Of a stretch of 34,521 nt of DNA, positions 20,959-30,372 are shown one piece after another; positions within the stretch are counted from its first letter, which is position 1; each line of letters opens with the position of its first letter. The position numbers and the translations under genes were made by a program. Source of the stretch: Candidatus Hermodarchaeota archaeon (GTDB lineage Archaea > Asgardarchaeota > Lokiarchaeia > Sigyniarchaeales > SOKP01); the NCBI GenBank assembly GCA_048885925.1, contig JBHLLG010000028.1:1-34521 (forward strand), written 5' to 3'. The notes under the pieces were generated by a model, which made no database searches, was not told the origin of the DNA, and worked only from the letters and a program-made list of their open reading frames with translations.

Positions 20959-23550
20959 TCAAGAACTAAGTTTATTCCAAGGTTTTCCAAACAGAAGATA
21001 ACTGGAGATTGTCAGACTACTTCGTAAATCTATTCTCATCGTACCTGTTTCTAAATTTGATTCCTTAACTTGGTGCTCTATTGACGTTTCCATCTTATTT
21101 GCTATGCATTGTTGACGAGCCCTTAGAAGTGAAACTCCTTGACTATTATTATTAAATAAGTTTATAAATAAGTTCGATATAATTTGCTTTGTTTCATTAT
21201 TAAAAATTGGATAATTTTTTGAAATGATACCCGTGATTTTATCATAATCAAATTGAGCAATGATTTGACCAAACGCCCCTAATGTATTCTTTAATTTTTT
21301 ACCTTCAATGTCGTAAACTTGTGAATTAAAAAAGATTAAGGGTCGATTTTTTGAATTATTTTTACATAGAATATGATTAATCTCGTTAAATCTTAAAACT
21401 TGATTATCATTTGTAAGGAAAAAACTATTTTTTGGACTCAATTTGGAATAAAACACATTTCCTACAAATATAACAATTTGATAAATATCTGAAGATAAAT
21501 TGGATAAAATATTTTCTCTTGTTGAATTAATTCCTATTAGTGTAGTCATCTTATCAATTTCACTTCTCTTATTAAAAAAATCTATAATATAATTTAATTC
21601 ATCAACTCCAGCCTGAAAAGGATATATTAATTCCTTTTGCTTAGTTTTTTCATTCCATTCCAAAGGACTTGTGGAATTAATTGAATCTATTATCAAAGCA
21701 CTATACTTTTTGGGTGTAGAATCACTTGAAGAATCTTCAAGATGCATTTTCTCAAAAGTGACACCTCTAAGTGAAAGTTCCCCGAGTTTGTATGCACTTG
21801 AATATTTTAGTAAGAAAAAATTATTATCATATGTCAGATCAAATGGAATAGTCATAGTGTCTAATACAAAATATATTTGAGGGATTAAATCCAAGCTTTC
21901 AATTTTGAATGATTTAAAGAAATCTCTTATTAATTTTGGGAGAAAAATATATAATAATTCCCCAAATTCTTTTAAGTTTAAGTCGAATTTACGATCTTCG
22001 GGTTCATAAAAAAGTTCATTATAGATTTCAATTAATTGAGTATCATTCCAATATTCATTATTAATAATTCCCTCAATTAATTCTTCATTAGCAGAAAGCA
22101 TTTTATAGGAAATTTCACCATTAGATTTGATTCTTATAATTATTTGTTTTATAATAAATTCTTTGTGAAAGAGATATGTAGCATCACTTTGATCTTCAAA
22201 TACGTAAATATTTTTTTTCAAAGGCTCAATCTCATTATTCAATTTTACGAGATTGGTTAATACTTTACTAAAATCTTTGTCTAAAAAAGGAATTATTCTT
22301 TCTGCCAATATATAATTTTGTTCTTCAAATAATGCTCTATAGAACATCATTCTCCAAAAATCTCGTTGTTCCAAAGAAAAAAACATAGACTTAAACTGCC
22401 ATAGTATATTGCAGGTATAAAAATAATGAAAGATTTCTGCACTCATCTGAGGTAATTTTAGGTGATTATTTAATTTTTCTAAACATTGGAGTAAATATTT
22501 TTTTTCCTTCATATCAACAAAATTCTTACAAGCTTCAACCCACAGTTCAATTAAAATGTTGTCATAGGATAAATCTGATTTGTATATAAATAAATCTTCT
22601 AAAAAATCATAAATATCAAAAGCTATTTCAAATCTATTTCTGTGGACTGAAAAATCGATGAATTTTCGTATATAAGTTACCGCCTCTCCAAATGATTGGT
22701 ATTCTTGGATTTTTGAAAAAATGTTTCGAATAATGATAGTTATCCAAGAATATTCACCAATATCATTTAAATAATAAATTAATTCTTCAAGGTCGACTAA
22801 AACTGTACTAAAACTTCTTTCATTTATAGAAATCCTAGTGATATTACTAAATTCGTTTTTTAAATAACCTGGAAGGCGATTTACCAAGATCTTATTGATT
22901 ATTCTTACAAATTCAATTGAATCTTCCATTAATTTATATTTTAAACAAACATTTTCCAAGATCATATAAATGAATAAAGCGCGTTTGCTAGGTTCTAATT
23001 TAAATACAGTTTTTCCTAATATTTCCATACTTAGATGAAAATATTCAGAAGGTACAACTGATTTTCTTAAATATATTTGCAAGATTTGTAATTCTAAGAT
23101 TTTTTGGGATTCATCTTTTTCATATAGTTTAGCAGAAAAGGAATTGATAAATTTAGTGATTCCAATTTGGGATAAGTCGTCCATTTTTACAAATTTTTGA
23201 AGGAGATTAGTATAAAAATTATTGAATAAATAGAAATCATCAAGATTCGACAAGAAAGAAAAAAATCTTTTATACGCATCAATATATTTGATTAAATCAG
23301 TATCAACTTTTCCTTCTACATGCTTTTTTAATGAATTTAAATACATCCACCATGAATTTGAAATAATCATAATTAACTGATGTTTCTTCTGAATATCAAG
23401 CCATTCACTCTTTTCTATTTCAAAAATTAGATTATCGAGTAATATTGAAGCCCATTTATGATTTCCAGCAAATAATAATTTTCTCGCTATTATAACCTTA
23501 TTTTGAAAACTTGTTAAAAATTCTTGTCTTGAATCCAAACTAATAGACAT
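20959..23550 (-). CDS. Large helical protein with C-terminal degenerate CHAT (caspase-like) domain
   Basis: GELLY...IPFDLTYD.NFFLLKY, DELNYI, TRENILSNL, IVIFVGN, LIFFNSQ, GVSLLRARQ, SYLLFGKP follow the CHAT motif order. Confidence 0.7.
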   Translation of the reverse strand: MSISLDSRQEFLTSFQNKVIIARKLLFAGNHKWASILLDNLIFEIEKSEWLDIQKKHQLIMIISNSWWMYLNSLKKHVEGKVDTDLIKYIDAYKRFFSFLSNLDDFYLFNNFYTNLLQKFVKMDDLSQIGITKFINSFSAKLYEKDESQKILELQILQIYLRKSVVPSEYFHLSMEILGKTVFKLEPSKRALFIYMILENVCLKYKLMEDSIEFVRIINKILVNRLPGYLKNEFSNITRISINERSFSTVLVDLEELIYYLNDIGEYSWITIIIRNIFSKIQEYQSFGEAVTYIRKFIDFSVHRNRFEIAFDIYDFLEDLFIYKSDLSYDNILIELWVEACKNFVDMKEKKYLLQCLEKLNNHLKLPQMSAEIFHYFYTCNILWQFKSMFFSLEQRDFWRMMFYRALFEEQNYILAERIIPFLDKDFSKVLTNLVKLNNEIEPLKKNIYVFEDQSDATYLFHKEFIIKQIIIRIKSNGEISYKMLSANEELIEGIINNEYWNDTQLIEIYNELFYEPEDRKFDLNLKEFGELLYIFLPKLIRDFFKSFKIESLDLIPQIYFVLDTMTIPFDLTYDNNFFLLKYSSAYKLGELSLRGVTFEKMHLEDSSSDSTPKKYSALIIDSINSTSPLEWNEKTKQKELIYPFQAGVDELNYIIDFFNKRSEIDKMTTLIGINSTRENILSNLSSDIYQIVIFVGNVFYSKLSPKNSFFLTNDNQVLRFNEINHILCKNNSKNRPLIFFNSQVYDIEGKKLKNTLGAFGQIIAQFDYDKITGIISKNYPIFNNETKQIISNLFINLFNNNSQGVSLLRARQQCIANKMETSIEHQVKESNLETGTMRIDLRSSLTISSYLLFGKPWNKLSS

Positions 23551-23573
23551 ATAAATACCTACGTTTATTATAC

Positions 23574-24770
23574 CTAATTATCAATCTGATTTATATCTTC
23601 TGTACTATCATTTACATGATTATCCAATTTTGGATTTGTAATGAATATTTCTTCATTTAAATTGCCTTGTGCGTATAAAACTGAAGCTCCAATCCAACTA
23701 ATATTTTCTCTTCCAGAGACAGCATAGATATTGATTTTTTCTTTTAATTTTTCAGAGAAGTGTTTGGAAATTTCAACCTTCAACTTTTTATCCAAACCGG
23801 GGATTAGACTACTTCCTCCAGCAAGAATAATGTTAGGTAATATATCTTCCCAATTCTCGCGGTCCCAAAATTTAATAACTTTCGCGATGGCTTCAGGCAA
23901 TCCAATATAATCAATATGAATTAGTGAAGGAGTGAATAATGGTTCAACAAACATAAACCTCTCACTATTAATTTCTAAAGATGCTCCATCAGGTAAATCT
24001 ATAATTCTATTGTATTTAGTTAAACCGTCTTTAATTTTCTTTATCTCTTCATCAATATTTAAAATACATAACGATAATTTCTCTTTAATTTCATTTGAAA
24101 TCATATTATCTAAATATATAGTTTTTCCAGAGCCTTTCTTTGTTACAATCAAATTCAAAAGATAACTCGTCAAATCCTTACCGGATATAGGATAAGTATC
24201 TCTTGCCATCACATTAGAAAAACCATGCAAGAATGTAGTAATACTAGTATTCTTTTCTCCTATATCTATGACAGCTCCACTTGTTTTTCTTAATGTAGCT
24301 AATATTCCTTGACTTTCAGATAAAAATAATAAAGAAGGAAAGTCAAACACATTAAAAAAAATGTCTTTCAATTTATTTTTCTCTAATTCTGATATAAAAA
24401 ATGGAGTTAATATGATAATTGGTTGTTTAAACAGATTCTGTTCTGAAATCTCCAATTGTTTATAATGATAATAAAAGAATTTCATGAAAATATTGTAATT
24501 ATTTTCTTTTTTAAAATTATGAATTTTAAGTATATTGGCATATTTTAAAGCTTCATGGCCAAATAAATGACTTTCAACACTCTTTTCCGTAATAAACAAT
24601 TCTTCGAGCCCATCAATCACCTCTGAAGTAAATATATAATCCGTGTTATCTACATAAATAGATGGAGCAATAATATCGGGAAAATCGTCACCCGCCCAAC
24701 CTAATCGAAAATTTTTGTTTCCTATATCAATAATAAGTGGACGTAATTGATTTTTTTCTCGAATAGACAT
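23574..24770 (-). CDS. Divergent actin-family protein (Asgard actin-related protein)
   Basis: IIDIGNKNFRLGWAGDDFP, GAVIDIG, ISGKDLTSYL, EIKEKL, LPDG, ERFMFVEPLFTPS, NIILAGGSSLIPG, RENISWIGAS. Confidence 0.92.
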   Translation of the reverse strand: MSIREKNQLRPLIIDIGNKNFRLGWAGDDFPDIIAPSIYVDNTDYIFTSEVIDGLEELFITEKSVESHLFGHEALKYANILKIHNFKKENNYNIFMKFFYYHYKQLEISEQNLFKQPIIILTPFFISELEKNKLKDIFFNVFDFPSLLFLSESQGILATLRKTSGAVIDIGEKNTSITTFLHGFSNVMARDTYPISGKDLTSYLLNLIVTKKGSGKTIYLDNMISNEIKEKLSLCILNIDEEIKKIKDGLTKYNRIIDLPDGASLEINSERFMFVEPLFTPSLIHIDYIGLPEAIAKVIKFWDRENWEDILPNIILAGGSSLIPGLDKKLKVEISKHFSEKLKEKINIYAVSGRENISWIGASVLYAQGNLNEEIFITNPKLDNHVNDSTEDINQIDN

Positions 24771-24828
24771 AGGGATTTCTTTTGATTCACGTAATTATTT
24801 TAATCAACAAAAATTTGATATAGATTAA

Positions 24829-25668
24829 TTATGTGTAATGCTTCACTTCATGGATAAGATCATCAGTGAGTCGCTTTAATTGATATTCCTTAATTTGCAA
24901 CTCCAATAGTCCTAAAACTCTCTTGAACTCCCCAGACATGGATTCAATATCAACTTCTGCGACTTTTTCGATTTCATCTCGCTTTATTTTAAATTGTTCT
25001 AGGTTATCCTGAATTTTTTCAAAAATATTATTAATTGATAAGACTAAATCTTCCGTATTTTTCTTCGTAATCTTCCGCATCTTCCTCAATATCGCTAGAA
25101 TATTTGAAATTGACATTTCCCGACGATCATAATTCTCACTATAACTCGTTAATAAACCTTCAAAAAATTCAGTTAATTTAGCATAAATATTTTCTTTTTT
25201 AATAGGCGATAGATCTACTTTGGTGGAAGGAATTGGAGTTGTTTCAACTTTTGATGGTATTTCCTCGATCGAGGAAGTATCTACTGAAACGGGTTTGATT
25301 ACTTTTTCTTCTACAGTAGAATCCACATTCTTTTTCTTAGTATCAGGAATTATTGGAGTTCTTGCCTTTTTTGTATCTCGAGTTTGTTCTGCTAAAGGAA
25401 CATCTTCCAAAATATATGCTTCTGCAATTTTACTACGTGATTCTGGAGTTAACTGCGGAGTAATTTTAACATCTCCTTCTCTTTTCGGATGAACAAACCC
25501 TTGTCCTTCTGATACACCTTTTAACAGGGTTTGTAATGTAGTTTCTGTCTTTTTAGCAGAATGTAATGCTGAGTCTAAAGAATATTCTGGAATCTCCTCG
25601 ACATCAGCTTCAGTTTCCTGTCCTTTCTTCTTCTTTTGACTTTTCTTCTTTTTTTCTTTTTTACCCAT
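24829..25668 (-). CDS. Hypothetical protein: Lys-rich N-terminus, low-complexity linker, C-terminal coiled coil
   Basis: MGKKEKKKKSQKKKK, E/T/P/K-rich middle, heptad-like C-terminus; GGTGT RBS-like site 5 nt upstream. Confidence 0.7.
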   Translation of the reverse strand: MGKKEKKKKSQKKKKGQETEADVEEIPEYSLDSALHSAKKTETTLQTLLKGVSEGQGFVHPKREGDVKITPQLTPESRSKIAEAYILEDVPLAEQTRDTKKARTPIIPDTKKKNVDSTVEEKVIKPVSVDTSSIEEIPSKVETTPIPSTKVDLSPIKKENIYAKLTEFFEGLLTSYSENYDRREMSISNILAILRKMRKITKKNTEDLVLSINNIFEKIQDNLEQFKIKRDEIEKVAEVDIESMSGEFKRVLGLLELQIKEYQLKRLTDDLIHEVKHYT

Positions 25669-25716
25669 CCATTACACCTTTTAAATGATGTAAACTCTTG
25701 AAAATTATTTTAGAAG

Positions 25717-26121
25717 TTAATCTATTGGAGAAACTTCAACATCTATCGTTTCTCCTTTTTCGAACAAAAGATTTTTAAACATCTCAATATCTTCGGGACT
25801 TTCTGATATTGCCGTCCAAACTGCTGTTTTATCTTTTTCTACAATGACAGCCTCACTATATACTAAACTAAGACCTTGCTCTGCAAAAATATCAATTACT
25901 TTTGCCAACGCGCCTGGAATATCTTTCATTAAGACTTTAATTTTAATGAGATTACCCTCATCTCTTAATCCAATAGGAGTTATGCGGATCTCCTTTGTTT
26001 CTGAATCACTTACTAACATAAGTTGAGAATTTGTCGTTAATCCTAAATTTTTCCTTGTTACTAAAGGTAATACAATGCGCCCCCGATTATCAATTGTAAT
26101 TATTTTTACATCTTTACCCAT
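25717..26121 (-). CDS. AbrB/SpoVT-family DNA-binding domain fused to ACT domain
   Basis: TIDNRGRIVLPLVTRKNLGL (AbrB) and MKDIPGALAKVIDIFAEQGLSL (ACT). Confidence 0.85.
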   Translation of the reverse strand: MGKDVKIITIDNRGRIVLPLVTRKNLGLTTNSQLMLVSDSETKEIRITPIGLRDEGNLIKIKVLMKDIPGALAKVIDIFAEQGLSLVYSEAVIVEKDKTAVWTAISESPEDIEMFKNLLFEKGETIDVEVSPID

Positions 26122-26411
26122 TTTTTAATTTCCTTTCAATGATAATTATTAAATTTATTAACAAAATTGTTATTTTTACTATTGTTTTACTGCTATAAAT
26201 TTCTAACTATATTGTTTCTAAATAAATTTCTTATAATTATTATCAAAACTATACTTAATAACTTTAATGATATCATCATTCACTAAGATACCAAAAGATA
26301 ATCATAAAATAAAGCAAGGATTAAAAAATAACAATATTCTTAACAATCCCAAATTTTGTAAAAATATTTTTAAAAAGAAATAAAAAGATTAAGTAATGGC
26401 TCTTTTAGTGC

Positions 26412-28553
26412 TTATTCTTTATGAGTTTTTAACTTAACTGTTAAGTCTCTGGCTCGTTTTGAATACCATATTAATAATTCTCCAGCATCATCAGGTTTAA
26501 AATATTCACCACCACATAATGCCGCTGCACGTGCCATTAGTGCATCATCAGGATTACCCAGACCAACTATATAAATTACAACATTAGGATTTCCAGAAAA
26601 CTTCTTAATTTCATTAAAGAAAGCATCTCCATCTGTGGGAACACCATCAGTTAATAATACAATCATCGTAGGCTGGTCAGGATTCATCTTTTCAAATTCG
26701 TTCAAAACATTATGAGCTTGTACCATTGCTGATCCCATATTTGTTGCCTGTCCATAGGCATTTCCTATTCGATCGACAATCATACGAGCGGCATCTTCAA
26801 GAACACCTTTTTTACCGCTTGCAGAATCCATATAAAAACCACCTCCAAAAGGGAGGATTTGGGCTTCATCTGCAAAGCGAATTACTGAAACCTTCTCACC
26901 AAAACCTCTTCCTACTTTCTCACTTAAGAAGAGGACTGCTGCAAAAGCGGCAGATATTCTACGTGGAATATTAATACCATCTTTGAAATGTTTTAAGAAC
27001 TCTTGAATTTCTCGAGATTCCATAGCTGCTTTAATTCCTTCAATAGCGGGAGCTATGTTAGTTACTAATACGTCCCTTGCCATCATAGATCTGCTTATAT
27101 CAATTATTAGAATGGCATTAAAAGGAATTAAACCTACGGGACTTAACGATAAAGTTGTATTTGGACTAACCCTAGCAAAAATATCACCCGTTAAATCAGG
27201 AACAGTATCAAGAACCGAGCAGGCAATATTTACTGCTGACCATCGAAGTTTTATACCCTTGAAAATGATATAGTTCGAAATCCATCCTTTCATGGAAGCG
27301 ACATTTTCTCGAGAAATACTTATAATTTCCCACATATTTTCCCCAGAAATTGGAGAAATCCCTAATGAAATACTTTGAAGTGGAATTATAGTTCTTTGAT
27401 TTTTATATACTTTCACTTCAAAACTCCCAATACCAGAAGCTTCTAATATTTCACTATCAATAACTATTGTATTATCTGGGGTTGATTCATTGATTTCTAC
27501 TTTTCCAGCACCCATAGCACCAGTAAGTTCATCTTCAAAAGCTACAATATCATCTGGTTTGATAGATAAGGTATACTGAGTTCTTGGGCTAACTAAAGCG
27601 TAACCCATTAAGTTTGGTTGAGAATGGACTTCCAGCATTAATTCTGAAGCCTGTTGTATGGGTGGTTCTGTGGAATATATTACAATTTGTTCTGCTTGAA
27701 TGTTAGTGTCTTCATAAGTATCCATACTCATTTTAATTTCATTCATGTTTATATTCGCTTGGTCTATTCTTGCTGAACCCATAGATCTAGTTAATGGATC
27801 TTCCCATGCAATTAACATGCCTGGCCCAAGACCTAATTGTTGAATAATATTTGGATTTAATTGTATTCTTCCACCTTCTATATTATTATCTAAAGATGGT
27901 TTTAGAATTATACCATTCTTTTGGCTTTGTAGCATATTAACATCAATTTTATTTGGATAAGCTTCCACTGGAGTTATAGATTCTGCTGTGGGTTGTCCAT
28001 AACTAGGTTTTGGTATTTCCATAGGAGGCGGTGGCCGGGTTGGTAGAGTTGATAATGATGGTTGAGGGGGTGGTTTCAATGATGGTTGAGGAGGTGGTTT
28101 CAATGATGGTTGAGGTATAGGTATAGGAGTAGTGATAGGTTGAGGTACAGGTGTAGGTCGGGGTGCAGGCATAGGTTGAGGTGCTGGAGGGGGTGAGGGT
28201 AAAGACGATAAAGTTGATTCTTTTGGTGTTGGAGCGGGACTAGGTTGTGGTGTTGGAACTTTTGGTACTTTCAATGTTGGTGCAATTTTTGCAGCATCAC
28301 TAATCGAACGAACAGTTAATTCAACTCCCGAAAATTGCAAATCATCAAGTAGATTTTTCGCGAATTGACCAGCAAAATCTAATACGGTATTTGAAATTTC
28401 TACAGTTGATACTCTTTTTAAATTATTATCAACATTAATAATTTCTACTGACTCTCCACTTTTTAGACCTAATTTATCAGCATTAGATTGACAAATAATT
28501 ACTTTATCTATTATTTCATTGTTTGCATCTACAAAGAGTTTAATCTCTGTCAT
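26412..28553 (-). CDS. vWA-domain protein with CDC48-N-like (double-psi barrel) repeats and proline-rich linker
   Basis: MIDAS DISRSM, VIRFA, ATNMG, LLTDG, IVGLG; three segments of type ADKLGLKSGESV / IQQLGLGPGMLI / QYTLSIKPDDIV; about 95 aa Pro-rich tract. Confidence 0.8.
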   Translation of the reverse strand: MTEIKLFVDANNEIIDKVIICQSNADKLGLKSGESVEIINVDNNLKRVSTVEISNTVLDFAGQFAKNLLDDLQFSGVELTVRSISDAAKIAPTLKVPKVPTPQPSPAPTPKESTLSSLPSPPPAPQPMPAPRPTPVPQPITTPIPIPQPSLKPPPQPSLKPPPQPSLSTLPTRPPPPMEIPKPSYGQPTAESITPVEAYPNKIDVNMLQSQKNGIILKPSLDNNIEGGRIQLNPNIIQQLGLGPGMLIAWEDPLTRSMGSARIDQANINMNEIKMSMDTYEDTNIQAEQIVIYSTEPPIQQASELMLEVHSQPNLMGYALVSPRTQYTLSIKPDDIVAFEDELTGAMGAGKVEINESTPDNTIVIDSEILEASGIGSFEVKVYKNQRTIIPLQSISLGISPISGENMWEIISISRENVASMKGWISNYIIFKGIKLRWSAVNIACSVLDTVPDLTGDIFARVSPNTTLSLSPVGLIPFNAILIIDISRSMMARDVLVTNIAPAIEGIKAAMESREIQEFLKHFKDGINIPRRISAAFAAVLFLSEKVGRGFGEKVSVIRFADEAQILPFGGGFYMDSASGKKGVLEDAARMIVDRIGNAYGQATNMGSAMVQAHNVLNEFEKMNPDQPTMIVLLTDGVPTDGDAFFNEIKKFSGNPNVVIYIVGLGNPDDALMARAAALCGGEYFKPDDAGELLIWYSKRARDLTVKLKTHKE
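28054..28115. repeat. 24-bp in-frame tandem repeat (about 2.6 copies) encoding PQPSLKPP
   Basis: AATGATGGTTGAGG(G/A)GGTGGTTTC at 28054 and 28078, partial copy at 28102. Confidence 0.95.
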
Positions 28554-28806
28554 AGTTATATAATATTATTTTATTAAGTTTTTTAATATAATGTAAGCTA
28601 TTAAGCTTAAAATTTCTATCAAAAATTATCGAATTTTTTTATATTTAATATACTAATATCAGTATAAGATATTAATCTAGATTTAATAATATTATAAACA
28701 TAAATACATAAATATTAAAATTTAACAATTTTATCGGATGTTCTTTATTGTAGAGAATCATTGGAAGGCAAATCTTAAAAAAAATTTTAAAAATTTTAAT
28801 TCAATT

Positions 28807-29196
28807 TTAAGTCATTGGATAACGTTTATTAATTTCGCCTGCATAATAACGAAAAACTTTCACAACCTTCCCTAGGTCTGCAGTTTCTCGTGAGGCTCCC
28901 ATTAAAAAGAATCTACCTGCAGCACTAAGAATTATAAATCCGTTATCCCCACGTAAAACAACTTCAAGCATATTTGTAAATCCAAGGGCGGCAATAGCAT
29001 CAGTTCCTGATTGTACGACGACAGCACTTAAACTAGAAAATAAATCTGGATCTACACTATAACCTGGAATAGCAGAAAATGCTAAACGTAATCCTTCTCG
29101 TGTAACTAAAGCTAACGCCTCTAATTCTGAGTACTCTGTAATACTTCCTAAGAATTTTGATAAAGCGCCAGCTTCTTCTGGTGTTAAATCAGACAT
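28807..29196 (-). CDS. Roadblock/LC7 (MglB-like) domain protein
   Basis: LEALALVTREGL..FS...VDPDLFSSLSAVV...EVVLRGDNGFIILSAAG...ADLGKV. Confidence 0.88.
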   Translation of the reverse strand: MSDLTPEEAGALSKFLGSITEYSELEALALVTREGLRLAFSAIPGYSVDPDLFSSLSAVVVQSGTDAIAALGFTNMLEVVLRGDNGFIILSAAGRFFLMGASRETADLGKVVKVFRYYAGEINKRYPMT

Positions 29197-29332
29197 AATA
29201 AAGGTAAAAAATTATAATTAGACTAATATTAATTAAAAACTTTAACCTTAAAAATTTATATTTCTAGTTTTGTGAAATGAATCTCAATAATTATTAAGAT
29301 TAAGAATAAAGGTTTAGATAATTAATTATTTA

Positions 29333-30160
29333 TTAATTTCCTTCTAATTGTTCTTTAATTTGTTCCTTCAATAATTCTCTTTTAGTCTTTCCTACTACTG
29401 GTTTGGATGGAGCACCAGTACGTTTAAGAAACTCTATAGCCAAAATTTTACCATTTTCGCTTAAAAGTCGTGGTGAATAATCTGCCGCGAAAAATATACC
29501 TTCAGGAATCGCTCCTACTTTTGAGATTTCTTTTGTAACCTGTTTTTCCCCTAAAAATTGTTGTACTTTTTCAACCACTGAGTATGCTTGATTTCCAATA
29601 ATAATTAATTCTCTCTCAAATCCAGCGGGTATTGCTATTTCTTCTAATTTTTGCATAATTTGTTTAAAATCTACTTCAGTTTTATCTTGCATAAGTTCAG
29701 CCATCGATTGTTCTCCCCTATATAAAGGCCCTACATTGGTTGTTGCACGATCCTTACTTCCTGCGATATTCATACCTTCCGCAGGTTCTGGAGCTCCAAA
29801 AATATTTTTTTCTCTTAATGGATGCACTGAAGAGGCAGAAATCTGTTCAGCTTTTATTTCTTTAGCAACTCCTGCTTCTGTTTTACCTCCAATCATTTTA
29901 ATAAATTCAGGTTCTTCTTCACCTTCATCTAGAGGAACCACTGCATAATGCATACCAACTTGACCTCGAATTTCTTGGGATCTCTTAGCCCCAATGAATT
30001 TTGAGCGAACACTGCTTTTTAATCCCTTCCAAAGATAAACTTTTCTCACATCATCAGCAACAAGAACATAACACTCATCCGTTTTTAGCACATCCTTAAT
30101 TGGACCTTCGCTTGTAATTTCAGTGGTTGTTCCATCTTGATTAATTAAGAAACACTGCAT
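29333..30160 (-). CDS. Single-domain gelsolin-family protein with C-terminal extension (Asgard 1DGelX-like)
   Basis: LKTDECYVLV...KVYLWKGLKSSVRSKFIGAKRSQEI...LDEGEEEPEFIKMIGG is a gelsolin repeat; a linker and second globular domain follow. Confidence 0.88.
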   Translation of the reverse strand: MQCFLINQDGTTTEITSEGPIKDVLKTDECYVLVADDVRKVYLWKGLKSSVRSKFIGAKRSQEIRGQVGMHYAVVPLDEGEEEPEFIKMIGGKTEAGVAKEIKAEQISASSVHPLREKNIFGAPEPAEGMNIAGSKDRATTNVGPLYRGEQSMAELMQDKTEVDFKQIMQKLEEIAIPAGFERELIIIGNQAYSVVEKVQQFLGEKQVTKEISKVGAIPEGIFFAADYSPRLLSENGKILAIEFLKRTGAPSKPVVGKTKRELLKEQIKEQLEGN

Positions 30161-30372
30161 TTTAAAAAATTCCTCTAATTTTTATTAGAATCGATAAATA
30201 TCCTTTAGTTTTTTTTGCACTTAAGTTCAAACTAAATTCTGAAACCTCAACTTAAGTTTTCACAATAACTAAGTTAATAATAATATAATATATTACGTAT
30301 AAATAAATCTTTATTTTGTAATTTATTCTCATTTTAACATCGCAACAAACTGTGTTATTGTTTTACTAATTT

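Noticed and set aside
28054-28115. CRISPR-like repeat
   Set aside because: Head-to-tail 24-bp units with no spacers, in frame within a coding linker.
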